Shown here in pieces: positions 31,814 through 43,051 of a stretch of DNA of 64,000 bases. Within the stretch, counting starts at the first letter, position 1. Each line of letters begins with the position of its first letter. The position numbers were made by a program, and so were the translations under genes. The DNA comes from Gammaproteobacteria bacterium. Lineage in GTDB: Bacteria > Pseudomonadota > Gammaproteobacteria > SURF-13. The stretch is taken from assembly GCA_030680605.1 (NCBI GenBank), contig JAUXUQ010000001.1, forward strand, positions 139,046 to 203,045. Direction: 5' to 3'. The notes beneath the pieces were generated by a model, which worked only from the letters and a program-made list of their open reading frames with translations, searched no databases and was not told where the DNA came from.

Positions 31814-33168
31814 GGCGCGCCACCCAGTGCGTGCAGCAGGCCGCGCGCCTTGGCGCGCGTCTCTTCCAGCTCCCGTTGTGGATTCGAGTCGGCGACGATA
31901 CCGGCACCGGCCCGCAGGCTGATGGCGGTATCCGTCTTGACCAGGGTACGTATCAATATATTGAAGTCCATGTCGCCGTTGTGGTTGAGGTAGCCCATGG
32001 CGCCGGTGTATGCGCCGCGCGGTGTGCGCTCCAGCTCGGCGATGATCTCCATACAACGCACCTTCGGGCAACCCGTGATGGTGCCGCCGGGAAACATGGC
32101 ACGCATCACCTCGCCCGGCGTAATGGAGGGACGTAGCCGCCCACGCACAGCAGAGACTATATGATGTACGTGGGCGTAGCTTTCAATGCTCATGAGTTCA
32201 TCTACCTGCACGCTCCCCGGCACACAGACGCGACCAAGGTCATTGCGCTCCAGATCAATCAGCATGATGTGCTCGGCGCGCTCTTTTGGATGATGCAGCA
32301 GCGCGCTGGTGTCCGGCTGGTCCAGCGCGTGATTTTCCCGCCTTGGCTGTGTGCCCGCGATAGGCCGGGTCTCGATGACGCCATCCTGCACCTTGACCAG
32401 CCGCTCCGGTGATGAACTGATGATGGCACTGGCCCCATACAGGGCGAGACCTGCGAAGGGCGACGGATTGCAGGCGCGCAGGCGCCGGTAGAGTTGTGCG
32501 GCGCTGATGTCCTGCCTGGCCTCACCCTGCCATGCGCGCGACAGATTCACCTGAAACACATCGCCTTCGCGGATATACTCCAGAATGCAGGCAACACCCT
32601 CCAAAAACTCCTGCGGCGCATCTTCCTGCAATGCGATTACCGGTGCTGCGACCTCAGCTATCTCACTCGCCGCAAGCGTGGCGATATCCTCGCGCATCTG
32701 CGCCAACAAACCCTCACCACCCTGCTCTGCAATCAGGTGAACACTTTGACTGTGGTGATCACGGATGATTGCTGCCGGGATACGCGTGGCGTAGGCCACG
32801 GGCAGGCCGGTTTCGCCTTCAGGCAGACACAAACCCGGCTCTATCTGGGCGGCCAACTCATACCCCAGATAAACAAACCAGCCACCGCGGAACGGCAACG
32901 CGCGCTCAGTGTGATCCTCTGAACTGTGTTCCGCACCCCACCAGCGATCCAGTTGCGCGAGAAAATCCACGCCCTCCACCGCCATGCCGCGCAGCGTGGT
33001 CAGGGTTGTCAACTCCAGGGTGGCACCGGGGAAGGCGAACAGGATGTCGAAGCGCGCGGAGGCCGTGCCATGCACCACGCTCTCCAGCAAACTGGGGTAG
33101 CGTGCCGGTTGGGCAGCATGCAGCGCCAACAGGTCACAATCGCCCTCGAGCAGGTAATGCGCGGCCAT
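31810..33168 (-). CDS. pabB: aminodeoxychorismate synthase component I
   Basis: 452 aa from the MAAHYLLEG start. Chorismate-binding C-domain (SPERLVKV, PGGTITGCPKVRCMEII, RGAYTGAMGY). Confidence 0.85.
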   Translation of the reverse strand: MAAHYLLEGDCDLLALHAAQPARYPSLLESVVHGTASARFDILFAFPGATLELTTLTTLRGMAVEGVDFLAQLDRWWGAEHSSEDHTERALPFRGGWFVYLGYELAAQIEPGLCLPEGETGLPVAYATRIPAAIIRDHHSQSVHLIAEQGGEGLLAQMREDIATLAASEIAEVAAPVIALQEDAPQEFLEGVACILEYIREGDVFQVNLSRAWQGEARQDISAAQLYRRLRACNPSPFAGLALYGASAIISSSPERLVKVQDGVIETRPIAGTQPRRENHALDQPDTSALLHHPKERAEHIMLIDLERNDLGRVCVPGSVQVDELMSIESYAHVHHIVSAVRGRLRPSITPGEVMRAMFPGGTITGCPKVRCMEIIAELERTPRGAYTGAMGYLNHNGDMDFNILIRTLVKTDTAISLRAGAGIVADSNPQRELEETRAKARGLLHALGGAP

Positions 33169-33190
33169 CCCGTACCCGGCCGTTGCCGTG

Positions 33191-34432
33191 TCAGCGCGGG
33201 CGGCTGAACACCAGCGTACAGTTGGTGCCGCCAAAGCCGAAGGAGTTCGACAATACAACATCAACCTTCATCTGGCGCGCAGTGTCTGGTACATAGTCCA
33301 GATCGCATGCCGGATCGGGCGTGAGCAGATTGATGGTGGGCGGCGCAACCTGGTCGCGCAGCGCCAACACACTGAACACAGCCTCGATGCCACCGGCCGC
33401 ACCCAGCAAATGTCCGGTCATGGACTTGGTGGAACTGATCGCAAGCTTGCGGGCGTGATCGCCAAAGGCACTCTTGATGGCCAGTGTTTCGGCCTTGTCA
33501 CCGGCCGGTGTCGAGGTACCGTGGGCGTTTACGTAGTCGACTGCTGCAGGCGCAACAGCGGCGTTGCGCAACGCGGACTGCATGCAACGTTTGGCGCCCT
33601 CGCCACCCTCGGCCGGCAGCGTCATATGGTAGCCGTCACCGCTCATGCCATACCCGCCCAGCTCCGCATAGATTCTGGCACCACGGCGCCTGGCATGCTC
33701 ATATTCTTCCAGCACCAGCACACCGGCGCCGTCTCCCAACACAAACCCATCACGATCCCTGTCCCACGGACGGCTGGCGGTCACCGGATCATCGTTGCGT
33801 TGCGACAATGCCCGTGCCGAGCAAAAGCCACCCAGCCCGGTGGGTGAGGTCGCCATCTCGGCACCGCCCGCGACCATGACGTCGGCATCGCCGTATTCGA
33901 TGATGCGGCCAGCCTCGCCGATGTTGTGCGAGCCGGTGGAGCATGCGGTGACGATAGCAATGTTGGGCCCTTTCATGCCATACATGATCGACACATGGCC
34001 GGAAATCATATTGATGATGTTGCTGGGCACAAAGAAGGGTGAGATCTTGCGTGGCCCCCCCTCGAGATAGGCACTGTGACCCTTCTCAATGCCGGGCAGG
34101 CCGCCGATACCCGAGCCGATAGCTACGCCGATGCGATCTGCATTGGCCTCGGTCACCACCAGTCCTGCGTCGTTTACCGCCTCTTTCGCTGCGGCAATGC
34201 CATAATGGATAAAGGGATCCATCTTCTTGATATCTTTGGCGGGAATGTAGAGGGCGGGGTCAAAGTTTTTCACGCTGCCGCCAAACCGGGTGGGGAACGC
34301 CGAGACGTCAAAGTGGGTGATGGGCGCAATGCCACTCCTGCCGGCGAGTATGTTGCCCCATGACTCCTGCACGCTAAGCCCCACGGGCGACACCATGCCA
34401 AGCCCCGTAACCACCACGCGACGTTTGCTCAC
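33191..34432 (-). CDS. fabF: 3-oxoacyl-ACP synthase II
   Basis: 413 aa. RRVVVTGLG start, active-site [25 protein letters not shown]. Confidence 0.95.
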   Translation of the reverse strand: MSKRRVVVTGLGMVSPVGLSVQESWGNILAGRSGIAPITHFDVSAFPTRFGGSVKNFDPALYIPAKDIKKMDPFIHYGIAAAKEAVNDAGLVVTEANADRIGVAIGSGIGGLPGIEKGHSAYLEGGPRKISPFFVPSNIINMISGHVSIMYGMKGPNIAIVTACSTGSHNIGEAGRIIEYGDADVMVAGGAEMATSPTGLGGFCSARALSQRNDDPVTASRPWDRDRDGFVLGDGAGVLVLEEYEHARRRGARIYAELGGYGMSGDGYHMTLPAEGGEGAKRCMQSALRNAAVAPAAVDYVNAHGTSTPAGDKAETLAIKSAFGDHARKLAISSTKSMTGHLLGAAGGIEAVFSVLALRDQVAPPTINLLTPDPACDLDYVPDTARQMKVDVVLSNSFGFGGTNCTLVFSRPR

Positions 34433-34510
34433 GTTAAACCTCGTTGTCTATCAAGGTGAAAACCAAAGGCCGCAGCCATCGTGATGGAGCGGCCCCGGAC
34501 AGGGGATGAC

Positions 34511-34750
34511 TTATGCGGGGGCTTGGGATTTGATGTAATCAACGGCCTGCTGAACGGTTGTGATCTTTTCGGCCGACTCATCCGGGATTTCACACTCGAA
34601 CTCCTCTTCAAGCGCCATCACCAGTTCTACGGTATCGAGTGAATCAGCGCCAAGATCGTCGACAAACGAGGATTCGTTGCTGACCTCTTCTTCCTTGACC
34701 CCGAGCTGCGCAACCACGATTTTCTTGACACGTTCTTCGACGGTGCTCAT
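34511..34750 (-). CDS. acpP: acyl carrier protein
   Basis: 79 aa. The [20 protein letters not shown] motif carries the phosphopantetheine Ser. Confidence 0.97.
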   Translation of the reverse strand: MSTVEERVKKIVVAQLGVKEEEVSNESSFVDDLGADSLDTVELVMALEEEFECEIPDESAEKITTVQQAVDYIKSQAPA

Positions 34751-34877
34751 GACAGATACATCCTCCCAGCGGTGATGAATAGTTCCAAGACTGGCGGTAT
34801 TTTATGGGAAACCGGCTGATTAGGCCATAATTACCATCAACACAATGATATTAAAACGAAAAACAGTGCAGCCAAAC

Positions 34878-35621
34878 TCAGGTCATGTACATTCCGCCGT
34901 TCACATGCAGTGTTTCGCCCGTGATATAGGCCGCCGCCGGCGAGGCCAGAAACCCCACCACCGCTGCAATCTCGTCCACGCTGCCCAAGCGCTTGAGCGG
35001 AATCTGCTGCAACAGGGCGTTACGCTGCTCCTCCGGCAAGGCCCGGGTCATGTCGGTATCGATGAAGCCGGGCGCCACGGCATTCACGGTAATACCCCGT
35101 GAACCGACTTCGCGCGCCAGCGCCTTGGTGAAGCCGAGAATGCCGGCCTTGGCCGCCGCATAGTTGGTCTGGCCGGCGTTGCCACTCGCGCCCACCACGG
35201 ACGAAATGCTGATGATACGACCGCGTCTGGCCTTCATCATGGCCGGGATACAGGCCTTAGTGAGACGATAAACCGAACTGAGGTTGGTAGCGATGATCTC
35301 CTCCCAGTCGCTGTCCTTCATCCGCATCAGCAGACCATCACGGGTAATGCCGGCGTTATTGACCAGTATACTCGGCGTACCCACAGCCTGCTCCAGCCTG
35401 CTCAGCAACGCACTGACGGAGGCCGGGTCGGTCACGTTCAGCACCTCGCCACTGCCTTTAATACCATTTTCATTCAATATCTTGACTATTAAATCTGCAC
35501 CATTTTGTGAAGTTGCAGTACCGATAACCGTGGCCCCCAACCGCCCCAACTCCAAGGCTATTGCCAGACCTATACCACGGCTGGCGCCGGTTACCAGGGC
35601 AATTTCGTTAGCAAGCTGCAT
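34878..35621 (-). CDS. fabG: 3-oxoacyl-ACP reductase
   Basis: 247 aa SDR. VTGASRGIG, NNAG, YAAAKAG motifs. Position between fabD and acpP. Confidence 0.95.
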   Translation of the reverse strand: MQLANEIALVTGASRGIGLAIALELGRLGATVIGTATSQNGADLIVKILNENGIKGSGEVLNVTDPASVSALLSRLEQAVGTPSILVNNAGITRDGLLMRMKDSDWEEIIATNLSSVYRLTKACIPAMMKARRGRIISISSVVGASGNAGQTNYAAAKAGILGFTKALAREVGSRGITVNAVAPGFIDTDMTRALPEEQRNALLQQIPLKRLGSVDEIAAVVGFLASPAAAYITGETLHVNGGMYMT

Positions 35622-35643
35622 ACTGTTCTCCTGCGATCACGGA

Positions 35644-36570
35644 CTAGGCAGTCAGCGCCTGAGCCAGTGTTGGCGTGTCATAGACGGCGAGCGTGCGCAC
35701 CTCCGGCACGATGCGTTTATTCAGGCCTGCGAGCACCTTGCCCGGCCCGCACTCGACAAAGCTGTCAGCACCCGCAGCCGCCAGCGACTGTATCACCTCC
35801 ACCCAGCGCACCGGCTGATAGAGTTGGCGCACCAGCCCATCCCGGATAGCGGCAGCAGTCTCATAGGCTGCAACATCTACATTGCTGACCACCGGGATAC
35901 GTGGTGCCTGCCATACAATCTGCTCCAGATACGCTGCAAGTTTTTGCGCGGCCGGTTTCATCAAAGCGCAATGCGAAGGCACACTCACCGGCAGCAGCAG
36001 CACCCGTTTGGCGCCCGCCTCCTTGGCCGATGCCGCCGCACGTGCCACCGCCGTCTGTGTACCGGCGATCACCACTTGGCCCGGCGCGTTGAAATTGACC
36101 GCCTCCACCACCTCGCCCTGACTCGCCTCAGCACACACCTTGCGTACAGCGGCATCCTCTAACCCCAGTATCGCTGCCATCGCGCCCGCACCGTCTGGTA
36201 CGGCCTGTTGCATCAGTTCGCCGCGCTTGGCCACCAGTGCGACCGCGTCACCGAAGCTGATCGCCCCGGCACACACCAGTGCCGTGTATTCACCGAGGCT
36301 GTGCCCGGCAAGGCGTGCGGGCAGTTTACCCTCGCTGGCCTGCCAGACGCGCCAGACGGCCACACCTGCCGCGAGCATGGCCGGTTGGGTGCGGGCGGTC
36401 TGGTTCAGCTCCAACTCAGGGCCCTGCTGCACCAGCGCCCACAAATCATAGCCCAGTACCGCCGAGGCTTCGGCGTAGGTCGCCTCTACCTGCGGGTGCT
36501 GCTGGGCGAGCTCTGCCAGCATGCCGACAGCTTGCGAGCCCTGACCGGGGAAAATAAATGCCGTCGTCAT
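35644..36570 (-). CDS. fabD: malonyl-CoA:ACP transacylase
   Basis: 308 aa. FIFPGQGSQ and GHSLGEY active-site motifs. Confidence 0.95.
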   Translation of the reverse strand: MTTAFIFPGQGSQAVGMLAELAQQHPQVEATYAEASAVLGYDLWALVQQGPELELNQTARTQPAMLAAGVAVWRVWQASEGKLPARLAGHSLGEYTALVCAGAISFGDAVALVAKRGELMQQAVPDGAGAMAAILGLEDAAVRKVCAEASQGEVVEAVNFNAPGQVVIAGTQTAVARAAASAKEAGAKRVLLLPVSVPSHCALMKPAAQKLAAYLEQIVWQAPRIPVVSNVDVAAYETAAAIRDGLVRQLYQPVRWVEVIQSLAAAGADSFVECGPGKVLAGLNKRIVPEVRTLAVYDTPTLAQALTA

Positions 36571-36575
36571 CCGGC

Positions 36576-37529
36576 TCAGTACTTCAACAGGGCCGAGCCC
36601 CAGGTGAAGCCGGCACCAAAGGCCTCCAGCAGCAGGGTGTCACCGCGCTGGATGCGGCCATCACGCACTGCTGTATCAAGCGCCAGGGGCACGGATGCGG
36701 CCGAGGTATTGCCATGCTTGTCGACGGTCACCACTACCCGCTCCATCGGCATGCCGAGTTTCCTGGCGGCGGCGCTGATAATGCGGGTATTGGCCTGATG
36801 TGGAATCAGCCAGTCTATGTCTGCTTTTTCCATCTGGTTGGCTGCCAGTGTTTCATCCACGATGCGATCCAGGGTATTGACCGCCATCCGGAACACCTCG
36901 CTGCCTTGCATGGTGACGTAGCCACCGCTGGGCGCGTCGCTGATGTCCTCTGTGGTCAGCAGGTGATGGTACTGGCCATCGGCGTGCAGATGGGTAGACA
37001 ACACGCCCGGCTCGCTGTCTGCCCGCACAATCACCGCACCGGCCCCATCGCCAAACAGCACACAGGTGTTGCGATCCTTCCAGTCCACGATACGCGAGAA
37101 AATCTCGGCGCCCACCACCAGTGCGCACTGCGTTGTACCACTGCGGATAAATTTGTCTGCAATACTCAGGGCATAGACGAAGCCGGTACAGGCGGCCTGC
37201 ACATCAAACGCCGCACCCCCCTGAATTCCCAGACGCTGTTGCAGCAGACAGGCCGTGCTGGGGAAAATTTTATCTGGCGTAGTCGTGGCGACGATAATGA
37301 GGTCAATGTCGGCGGGGTTGATACCCGCCGCCTCGATGGCCTGCCGTGACGCGTGCTCGGCCAGCACGCTGGTCGTTTCATCCTCGGCGGCAATGTGCCG
37401 TTCACGAATGCCGGTGCGCTCGACGATCCACTCATCGGAGGTCTCGACCATTTTTTCCAGGTCGGCATTGGTCAACACCCGGGACGGCAGATAGCTGCCC
37501 GTGCCGTGAATGCGGGCATAGATACTCAC
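36576..37529 (-). CDS. fabH: 3-oxoacyl-ACP synthase III
   Basis: 317 aa. AACTGF active-site Cys, HQAN, GNTSAAS motifs. Confidence 0.95.
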   Translation of the reverse strand: MSIYARIHGTGSYLPSRVLTNADLEKMVETSDEWIVERTGIRERHIAAEDETTSVLAEHASRQAIEAAGINPADIDLIIVATTTPDKIFPSTACLLQQRLGIQGGAAFDVQAACTGFVYALSIADKFIRSGTTQCALVVGAEIFSRIVDWKDRNTCVLFGDGAGAVIVRADSEPGVLSTHLHADGQYHHLLTTEDISDAPSGGYVTMQGSEVFRMAVNTLDRIVDETLAANQMEKADIDWLIPHQANTRIISAAARKLGMPMERVVVTVDKHGNTSAASVPLALDTAVRDGRIQRGDTLLLEAFGAGFTWGSALLKY

Positions 37530-38596
37530 TGTAGCGCGCTCTCCGTCAAGTGTGCCTGCAAGTGTGAGCCGATGCGCTGCGGCACATCCTGCGCCACCTC
37601 CAGTATGGCTTCACGGATGGCGCAGCCAAAGGCGAAGATATCGGCGCTGCCATGGCTTTTGATCACGCTGCCCTGCAACCCCAGCAGGCTGGCGCCGTTA
37701 TAGCAACGCGGGTCCACTTTGTTGCGGAATGCCTTGAGTACCGGCATGGCAACCAGGGCGCACATCCGCGTAAAGAGATTGCGTTGAAATTCCTGCTTCA
37801 GAAAATGCCGCAGCATGTGTGCCACACCTTCGCTGCACTTCAAGGCCACGTTGCCGGTGAAGCCATCGCACACCACCACATCCGCCTCACCGGCATAAAT
37901 GCCGTCACCTTCAATGAAACCGATGTAGTGCAGGGAGCTCTCTGCCAGCAGACGGGCGGCTTCCTTCACCCGCTCGTTGCCCTTTATTTCTTCCGCCCCG
38001 ATGTTGAGCAAGCCTACGCGTGGCCGCGGCATACCATCCACTGCACTCGCCAGCACAGAACCCATGACGGCGAACTGATACAGCTGCTCGGGGGTGCAGT
38101 CACTGTTCGCGCCCAGATCAAGCATATAGGTATGACCGGTCACGGTCGGCAGTGCGGTGATGATGGCGGGGCGGTCGACACCCGGCAGGGTTTTCAGTAC
38201 GTAGCGTGCCAAGGCCATTAGCGCACCGGTGTTACCGGCACTGACACAGGCATTCGCGCTCCCCTCCTTCACCAGGTTGAGCGCAACTCGCATCGAGGAA
38301 TCCTTCTTGTTGCGCATCGCCTGGGACGGAAGATCATCCATCTCCACCCGCTGCGACGCATGCTGCACCAGCAGGCGTTCACTTGCTGCATAGTCACGCG
38401 CAGTCCTGCTGCCCTGTATTGCCGTGCGCAGGATGGCCTCGTCGCCCACCAGAATCAGGCGCAAGGTTTCATAGTCCGCCAGCGCCTTCAGTGCCGCAGG
38501 CACCACAACAGTGGGACCATGATCGCCACCCATGGCGTCGAGCGCAATCGTCAGGGCGTGCGTCGTCGACGGAACAAAACCTGAATGCAGTTCCAC
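37526..38596 (-). CDS. plsX: phosphate acyltransferase PlsX
   Basis: About 350 aa. [13 protein letters not shown]-terminal motif and HGSAD near the C-terminus. The start codon is uncertain (the N-terminal extension may not be real). Confidence 0.9.
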   Translation of the reverse strand: MELHSGFVPSTTHALTIALDAMGGDHGPTVVVPAALKALADYETLRLILVGDEAILRTAIQGSRTARDYAASERLLVQHASQRVEMDDLPSQAMRNKKDSSMRVALNLVKEGSANACVSAGNTGALMALARYVLKTLPGVDRPAIITALPTVTGHTYMLDLGANSDCTPEQLYQFAVMGSVLASAVDGMPRPRVGLLNIGAEEIKGNERVKEAARLLAESSLHYIGFIEGDGIYAGEADVVVCDGFTGNVALKCSEGVAHMLRHFLKQEFQRNLFTRMCALVAMPVLKAFRNKVDPRCYNGASLLGLQGSVIKSHGSADIFAFGCAIREAILEVAQDVPQRIGSHLQAHLTESALQ

Positions 38597-38677
38597 TGGA
38601 TGCCTGCTTTAAGTACGTGGGCCGTGAGGCAACAACCCGGGAAGGTTCAGAGACGTGGCTCTGGCTTTACTGCGCGG

Positions 38678-38857
38678 CTACTCACTTTTGGAGGCGACGA
38701 CCTTGCGGCCACGGTAGTATCCATCGCGGCTGATGTGATGCCGCAGATGGGTTTCACCTGTCGTGGACTCGGTCGACAAGGTGGGCCCGGTCAAGGCGTC
38801 ATGCGAACGGCGCATGCCACGCTTGGAAGGGGTTTTACGACTTTTCTGGACTGCCAT
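38678..38857 (-). CDS. rpmF: 50S ribosomal protein L32
   Basis: Not in the ORF track (59 aa). The reverse strand reads [54 protein letters not shown]..., a canonical L32. Sits between yceD and plsX. Confidence 0.95.
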   Translation of the reverse strand: MAVQKSRKTPSKRGMRRSHDALTGPTLSTESTTGETHLRHHISRDGYYRGRKVVASKSE

Positions 38858-38897
38858 GGGCTTAACTCCCTGTAAAATTTATCAACATCGTACGCTA

Positions 38898-39395
38898 TTA
38901 ATGCCGCTTCAGCTGGGCCAGTGCCGCAAATGGATGCGTCTCCTTTCCCTGCTGCCCACCGCCCAGACCCTGCGCCTGGCATTCTGCCCTGGCGTGCATT
39001 GGCACCAGCGGCACGGCGAGTATCAATTCATCTTCAATAATATCCGCCAACGTCATGGCGCCACTCACCATGAGTGGTTCGTAACCCTCCGGCAACTGCT
39101 CGGCCGCCTGATCTGTGGTTACCAGCCCCAGCGCAAACGTGGTATTCACCGGCCATGTCATTGGCTGCAGGCAGCGTTGGCACACCAGCCCAAGCTGGGT
39201 TTGCAAACGGCCGCTCAGGTAGGCGATATGCAGGTCGTCCCGGCCAAACTCAACCTCCACTTCCACCTTGCCCTGTACCTGCTGCAGGGTGGGTGCAAGC
39301 CGCTGCAACTGCGCCAGCTCCAGCTGACCCTGAAACCGGCTTCCCGCCTCGGCAAGCCGTATCGGGTCAATGACCAACGGCAGGCGCTCTATCAT
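38898..39395 (-). CDS. yceD: YceD (DUF177) 23S rRNA accumulation protein
   Basis: 165 aa. CQRCLQPM ... C-terminal acidic region. Conserved position upstream of rpmF. Confidence 0.85.
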   Translation of the reverse strand: MIERLPLVIDPIRLAEAGSRFQGQLELAQLQRLAPTLQQVQGKVEVEVEFGRDDLHIAYLSGRLQTQLGLVCQRCLQPMTWPVNTTFALGLVTTDQAAEQLPEGYEPLMVSGAMTLADIIEDELILAVPLVPMHARAECQAQGLGGGQQGKETHPFAALAQLKRH

Positions 39396-39481
39396 AGGCC
39401 GCGCATTGTATAATTAACTGTATTTTGTGTCAAAATCACCCAAGCCCGTCACTGCCGAGCTTTCCCGGCCACCCTTACCGC

Positions 39482-40060
39482 ATGCTGCCACTGATTCTCG
39501 CATCCACCTCACCCGCCCGCAAACAACTGCTGGAAAGCCTGGGGCTGCCCTATAGCGTGAGCGCGCCTCACGTAGACGAAGCCCGCCAGCCCGGCGAGCC
39601 GGTCACCGCCATGGTTACGCGCCTGGCCGAGGCCAAGGCCCGTGCGGTAGCCGCAGAGCAATCTGCTGCACTGATCATAGGCGCTGATCAGGTCGCGGCG
39701 CTGGGGGATGACATCCTCGGAAAACCGGGTAATCATGCCCAGGCGGTACACCAGCTACAGCGTGTCTCCGGCAAACATATTACCTTCTATACCGGGCTGT
39801 GCCTGCTCAACAGCGCCACCGGCACGGTGCAGGTCGATATCGTCCCCTCTACCGTGGTGTTTCGCTCCCTCGACGCGACACAGATCGAAAACTATCTAGA
39901 GCGCGAGCAACCCTATCAGTGCGCGTGCAGCTTCCGCTCCGAAGGTGCAGGTGCCGCACTCATCGAACGCCTGATCGGCGACGACCCCAGCGCACTCATC
40001 GGTCTGTCCCTGATCCGCCTCACGCGCATGCTGGAGCAGGAAGGCGTACGCCTTATTTGA
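39482..40060 (+). CDS. maf: Maf-like nucleoside triphosphate pyrophosphatase
   Basis: 192 aa from the MLPLILASTSPARKQLL start. Typical Maf/YceF N-terminus and GADQV motif. Confidence 0.85.
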   Translation: MLPLILASTSPARKQLLESLGLPYSVSAPHVDEARQPGEPVTAMVTRLAEAKARAVAAEQSAALIIGADQVAALGDDILGKPGNHAQAVHQLQRVSGKHITFYTGLCLLNSATGTVQVDIVPSTVVFRSLDATQIENYLEREQPYQCACSFRSEGAGAALIERLIGDDPSALIGLSLIRLTRMLEQEGVRLI

Positions 40061-41036
40061 GACCACCCCATGCTGTCGTGCCAGACAGCAGCACTTCACC
40101 CAGAGCCATACCGATGCGCTCGGCAAGCCGGTCAAGGTAGTTGCCGCGCGGCGTGAAATCGACGATGGTCTCGGCCCCTATCACTTCACGCGCTACGTAA
40201 CTGCTGCTGCCCAGCGCGTCCACCAACCCCATTTCCAGACTCTGCTCGCCGGTCCACATCAGGCCGGAGTACAGCTCGTCGCTTTCCTTCAGCCGCGCAC
40301 CACGCCCTTTCTGAACTGTCGCAATGAATTGCTGGTGAATATCCTTGAGCATGCCCTGCACGTGCGCGATGTCCTCTTCTCGGGCGGGCGAGAACGGATC
40401 CAGAAAGCCCTTGTGTTCGCCTGCCGTCAGCAGGCGGCGCTCAACACCCAGCTTTTCCATCGTCCCGACAAAGCCGAAGCCGTCCATGAGCACGCCAATG
40501 GATCCCACTATGCTGGCCTTGTCGGCATAAATCTTGTCCGCTGCCGCAGCAACATAATAGCCACCAGAGGCGCAGATATCGGTGATCACTGCGTATAGTG
40601 GTACATTGGGATACTGCTCCCGCAAACGCACGATCTCGTCGTTGATATAGCCGGCCTGCACCGGACTACCGCCCGGGCTGTTGATGCGTAAAATTACACC
40701 TTGGGTATTTTTGTCCTTGAATGCTGCACGCAGTCCCGTAATGATGTGGTCGGCGCTGGCGTTGCTGTTATCGGCAATGACACCTCCGACCTCAACCAGG
40801 GCGGTATGTTTGCTCAACGACATGCTGCCCCCGGTCAGATGCCCTGGCAGGTACAACAACAGCAGCGCGAACAGGTATCCGAAAAACAGCAGTTTGAAAA
40901 ATACGCCCCAGCGACGCGTGCTGCGCTGCTCTTTGAGTGAGGCAAACAAGACCTTATTGAGTGTCTCACGCTCCCAAACTGCCGGCTCTCCGCTGCTTCC
41001 GGGTTCAGATGTGTTTTGCCCTTCTGACATGTTCAT
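40053..41036 (-). CDS. sppA: S49-family signal peptide peptidase (SppA 36K / SohB-like)
   Basis: 327 aa from the MNMSEGQ start. N-terminal TM, LRINSPGGS, CASGGYY (catalytic Ser), GSIGV motifs. Confidence 0.85.
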   Translation of the reverse strand: MNMSEGQNTSEPGSSGEPAVWERETLNKVLFASLKEQRSTRRWGVFFKLLFFGYLFALLLLYLPGHLTGGSMSLSKHTALVEVGGVIADNSNASADHIITGLRAAFKDKNTQGVILRINSPGGSPVQAGYINDEIVRLREQYPNVPLYAVITDICASGGYYVAAAADKIYADKASIVGSIGVLMDGFGFVGTMEKLGVERRLLTAGEHKGFLDPFSPAREEDIAHVQGMLKDIHQQFIATVQKGRGARLKESDELYSGLMWTGEQSLEMGLVDALGSSSYVAREVIGAETIVDFTPRGNYLDRLAERIGMALGEVLLSGTTAWGGLK

Positions 41037-41043
41037 GCGCCTC

Positions 41044-41724
41044 TCAGGTGTTGGGAACTGAAATCGGGGCGGAGGTTGCCAGCCAGCCGGGCAGCTCATG
41101 CAGACTATCCAGACAAGCCAGTGCGCCACATTGCAACAGCCGTGCGCGCCCATGGACGCCATAGCTCACACCCACCGCAGCCGAGCCCGCATTGCGCGCC
41201 ATATTCACATCATACTCCGTATCACCGATGACCAGCGTGTTTCCCGGTGCCACATCCAGCACAGCCATGATATCCCGCAGCATTTGCGGGTGCGGTTTTG
41301 AGGGAGCTTCATCTACGCAACGCGTACCATGAAATACATGCTTCAGCCCGGTACGTTCCAGCACGTGATTCAGCCCTTGGCGCCCCTTACCGGTAGCGAC
41401 CGCCAACAGGTAGCCCTCCTCTGCCAGCCGGGTGAGCGTTTCACTGGCACCGGGGAACAGTTCGGAGGGCGTGTGTTCGCCTGCGAGAAAGTGGCGCCGG
41501 TAATGCCCGACCAGCGCCCCCTGCAGATCATCGCCGACGCCCGGCAGCAAGTTCTTCAATGCCTCGCCCAAACCCAGGCCAATAATATTCCGGATGGCTG
41601 CATCCTCTACGGCAGGCAACCCGGCATCACGAATAGCCAGGCGCAGACACTGCACAATATGGGCCTCGGAGTCCATCAGCGTGCCGTCCCAGTCGAACAC
41701 CAGCAGTTTATATCCAACCACCAC
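41044..41724 (-). CDS. HAD-superfamily phosphatase (phosphoglycolate phosphatase-like)
   Basis: 226 aa. The FDWDGTLMDS motif I and GDTEYD motif are typical HAD. Confidence 0.85.
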   Translation of the reverse strand: MVVGYKLLVFDWDGTLMDSEAHIVQCLRLAIRDAGLPAVEDAAIRNIIGLGLGEALKNLLPGVGDDLQGALVGHYRRHFLAGEHTPSELFPGASETLTRLAEEGYLLAVATGKGRQGLNHVLERTGLKHVFHGTRCVDEAPSKPHPQMLRDIMAVLDVAPGNTLVIGDTEYDVNMARNAGSAAVGVSYGVHGRARLLQCGALACLDSLHELPGWLATSAPISVPNT

Positions 41725-42677
41725 TAAACCATCTTCTCCAGCACCCGCTGCAAATCCTCCGGCAAAGGTGCGGTAACGTGAAGCTTCCGCGCCGCTCCTG
41801 GCAGTTGTAAGGCTATCTCCCGTGCATGCAGAAACACGCGCTTCACGCCCACTGCGCGCATGGCGTGATTAAAGTCGGCATCGCCGTACTTACTGTCACC
41901 CGCCAAGGGATGCCCGATATGCGCCGCATGCACACGAATCTGGTGGGTGCGTCCGCTATGCAGCCCGATACGCATCAGGCTGGCGTCGGCAAACAGACGT
42001 TGCGGCTCAAACACGCTTTCGGACAACTTGCCTTCCTCCGTGACCTGCACCATGCGCTCACCTGAGCGCAGCACATTCCTGCGCAGTGCGGCATTGACGG
42101 TTTGCTTCCCGCCCTGCCAGCGGCCCTTGACCAGCCCGAGATAATGCTTCTCGACCTCTCCAGCACGCAGCAATGTGTGTAGTGCCGACAGTGTCGGCCG
42201 TGTCTTGGCGATCATGAGACAGCCCGACGTGTCCCGGTCAAGGCGATGCACCAGCTCAAGAAAAGGGGCATCGGAACGCAACGCACGCAGCGCTTCAATC
42301 ACACCATGCTCGACCCCGCTGCCGCTGTGTACGGCAATCCCCGCGGGCTTGTTCAGCACCAGCAGGGTTTCGTCCTCGTGCAACACACTGTGCTCGACCA
42401 GATCCAGGATGCGATCGTGGGGGGCTGCTTTGGGCGCAACGGTTTCGATCCGCAGCGGCGGAATCCTCACCCGGTCACCCGCCTGCAGTCGGTAGTCTGG
42501 TTTGATGCGCCCCTTGTTGACCCGCACCTCGCCACGGCGCACTATGCGGTATACCCGACTCTTGGGCACGGTTTTCAGGTATGCCAGCAGGAAGTTATCC
42601 AGTCGGCGGCCTGCATGCTCGGCCCCGACCTCAATAAAATTGGCCTGTTTATCAATATCTTTGCAACTGTTGCTCAT
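41724..42677 (-). CDS. rluC: 23S rRNA pseudouridine synthase RluC
   Basis: 317 aa. S4 domain N-terminus, HRLDRDTSG catalytic motif. Divergent from rne as in E. coli. Confidence 0.9.
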   Translation of the reverse strand: MSNSCKDIDKQANFIEVGAEHAGRRLDNFLLAYLKTVPKSRVYRIVRRGEVRVNKGRIKPDYRLQAGDRVRIPPLRIETVAPKAAPHDRILDLVEHSVLHEDETLLVLNKPAGIAVHSGSGVEHGVIEALRALRSDAPFLELVHRLDRDTSGCLMIAKTRPTLSALHTLLRAGEVEKHYLGLVKGRWQGGKQTVNAALRRNVLRSGERMVQVTEEGKLSESVFEPQRLFADASLMRIGLHSGRTHQIRVHAAHIGHPLAGDSKYGDADFNHAMRAVGVKRVFLHAREIALQLPGAARKLHVTAPLPEDLQRVLEKMV

Positions 42678-43051
42678 TTTTGAGATAATTTACTTCAGGC
42701 GGTTTATCAGCCCATTGCCTTGCCTCAACCCAGTCTAGTTTGCGGCAATTTGCAGTGATTTGTAACTAAAATTAACGATAAGAGAGCAACACGACATACA
42801 CAATTATACCTGCCCCGGCAGGATAACCACAGTTTCAGGGTTGCCCCTCCTCGCAAGCAGAGGCGACCATTGATTGATAAAACGACGCGCCCCCGCCTCC
42901 CAAGCCTGGGAGAGGTCGAGCGGGCCCTTGGAATACGACAGCCGGAAGCACACCCTGACCCTGGAGTGCGCGGCTGGACAGAACACGATGGGCCGCACGG
43001 CTGCCGCCACAACGGACGTGGTAGAGCGCTGGTACTTTTAAGGAATATGAC
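42678..43051 (+). promoter_or_regulatory. rluC-rne divergent promoter region and long rne 5' leader
   Basis: A 374-bp non-coding gap directly upstream of rne. Enterobacterial rne carries a long structured autoregulatory 5' UTR. Homology of structure was not verified here. Confidence 0.5.

Noticed and set aside
36558-37349. 263-aa plus-strand ORF (similar cases: 29212-30006, 33188-33847, 43064-43804, 59636-60271, 60792-61406, 8363-8962)
   Set aside because: Each lies antisense to or out of frame with a strongly recognisable housekeeping gene (fabH, tmk, fabF, rne, msbA, exbB, nuoL). These are GC-skew shadow ORFs.
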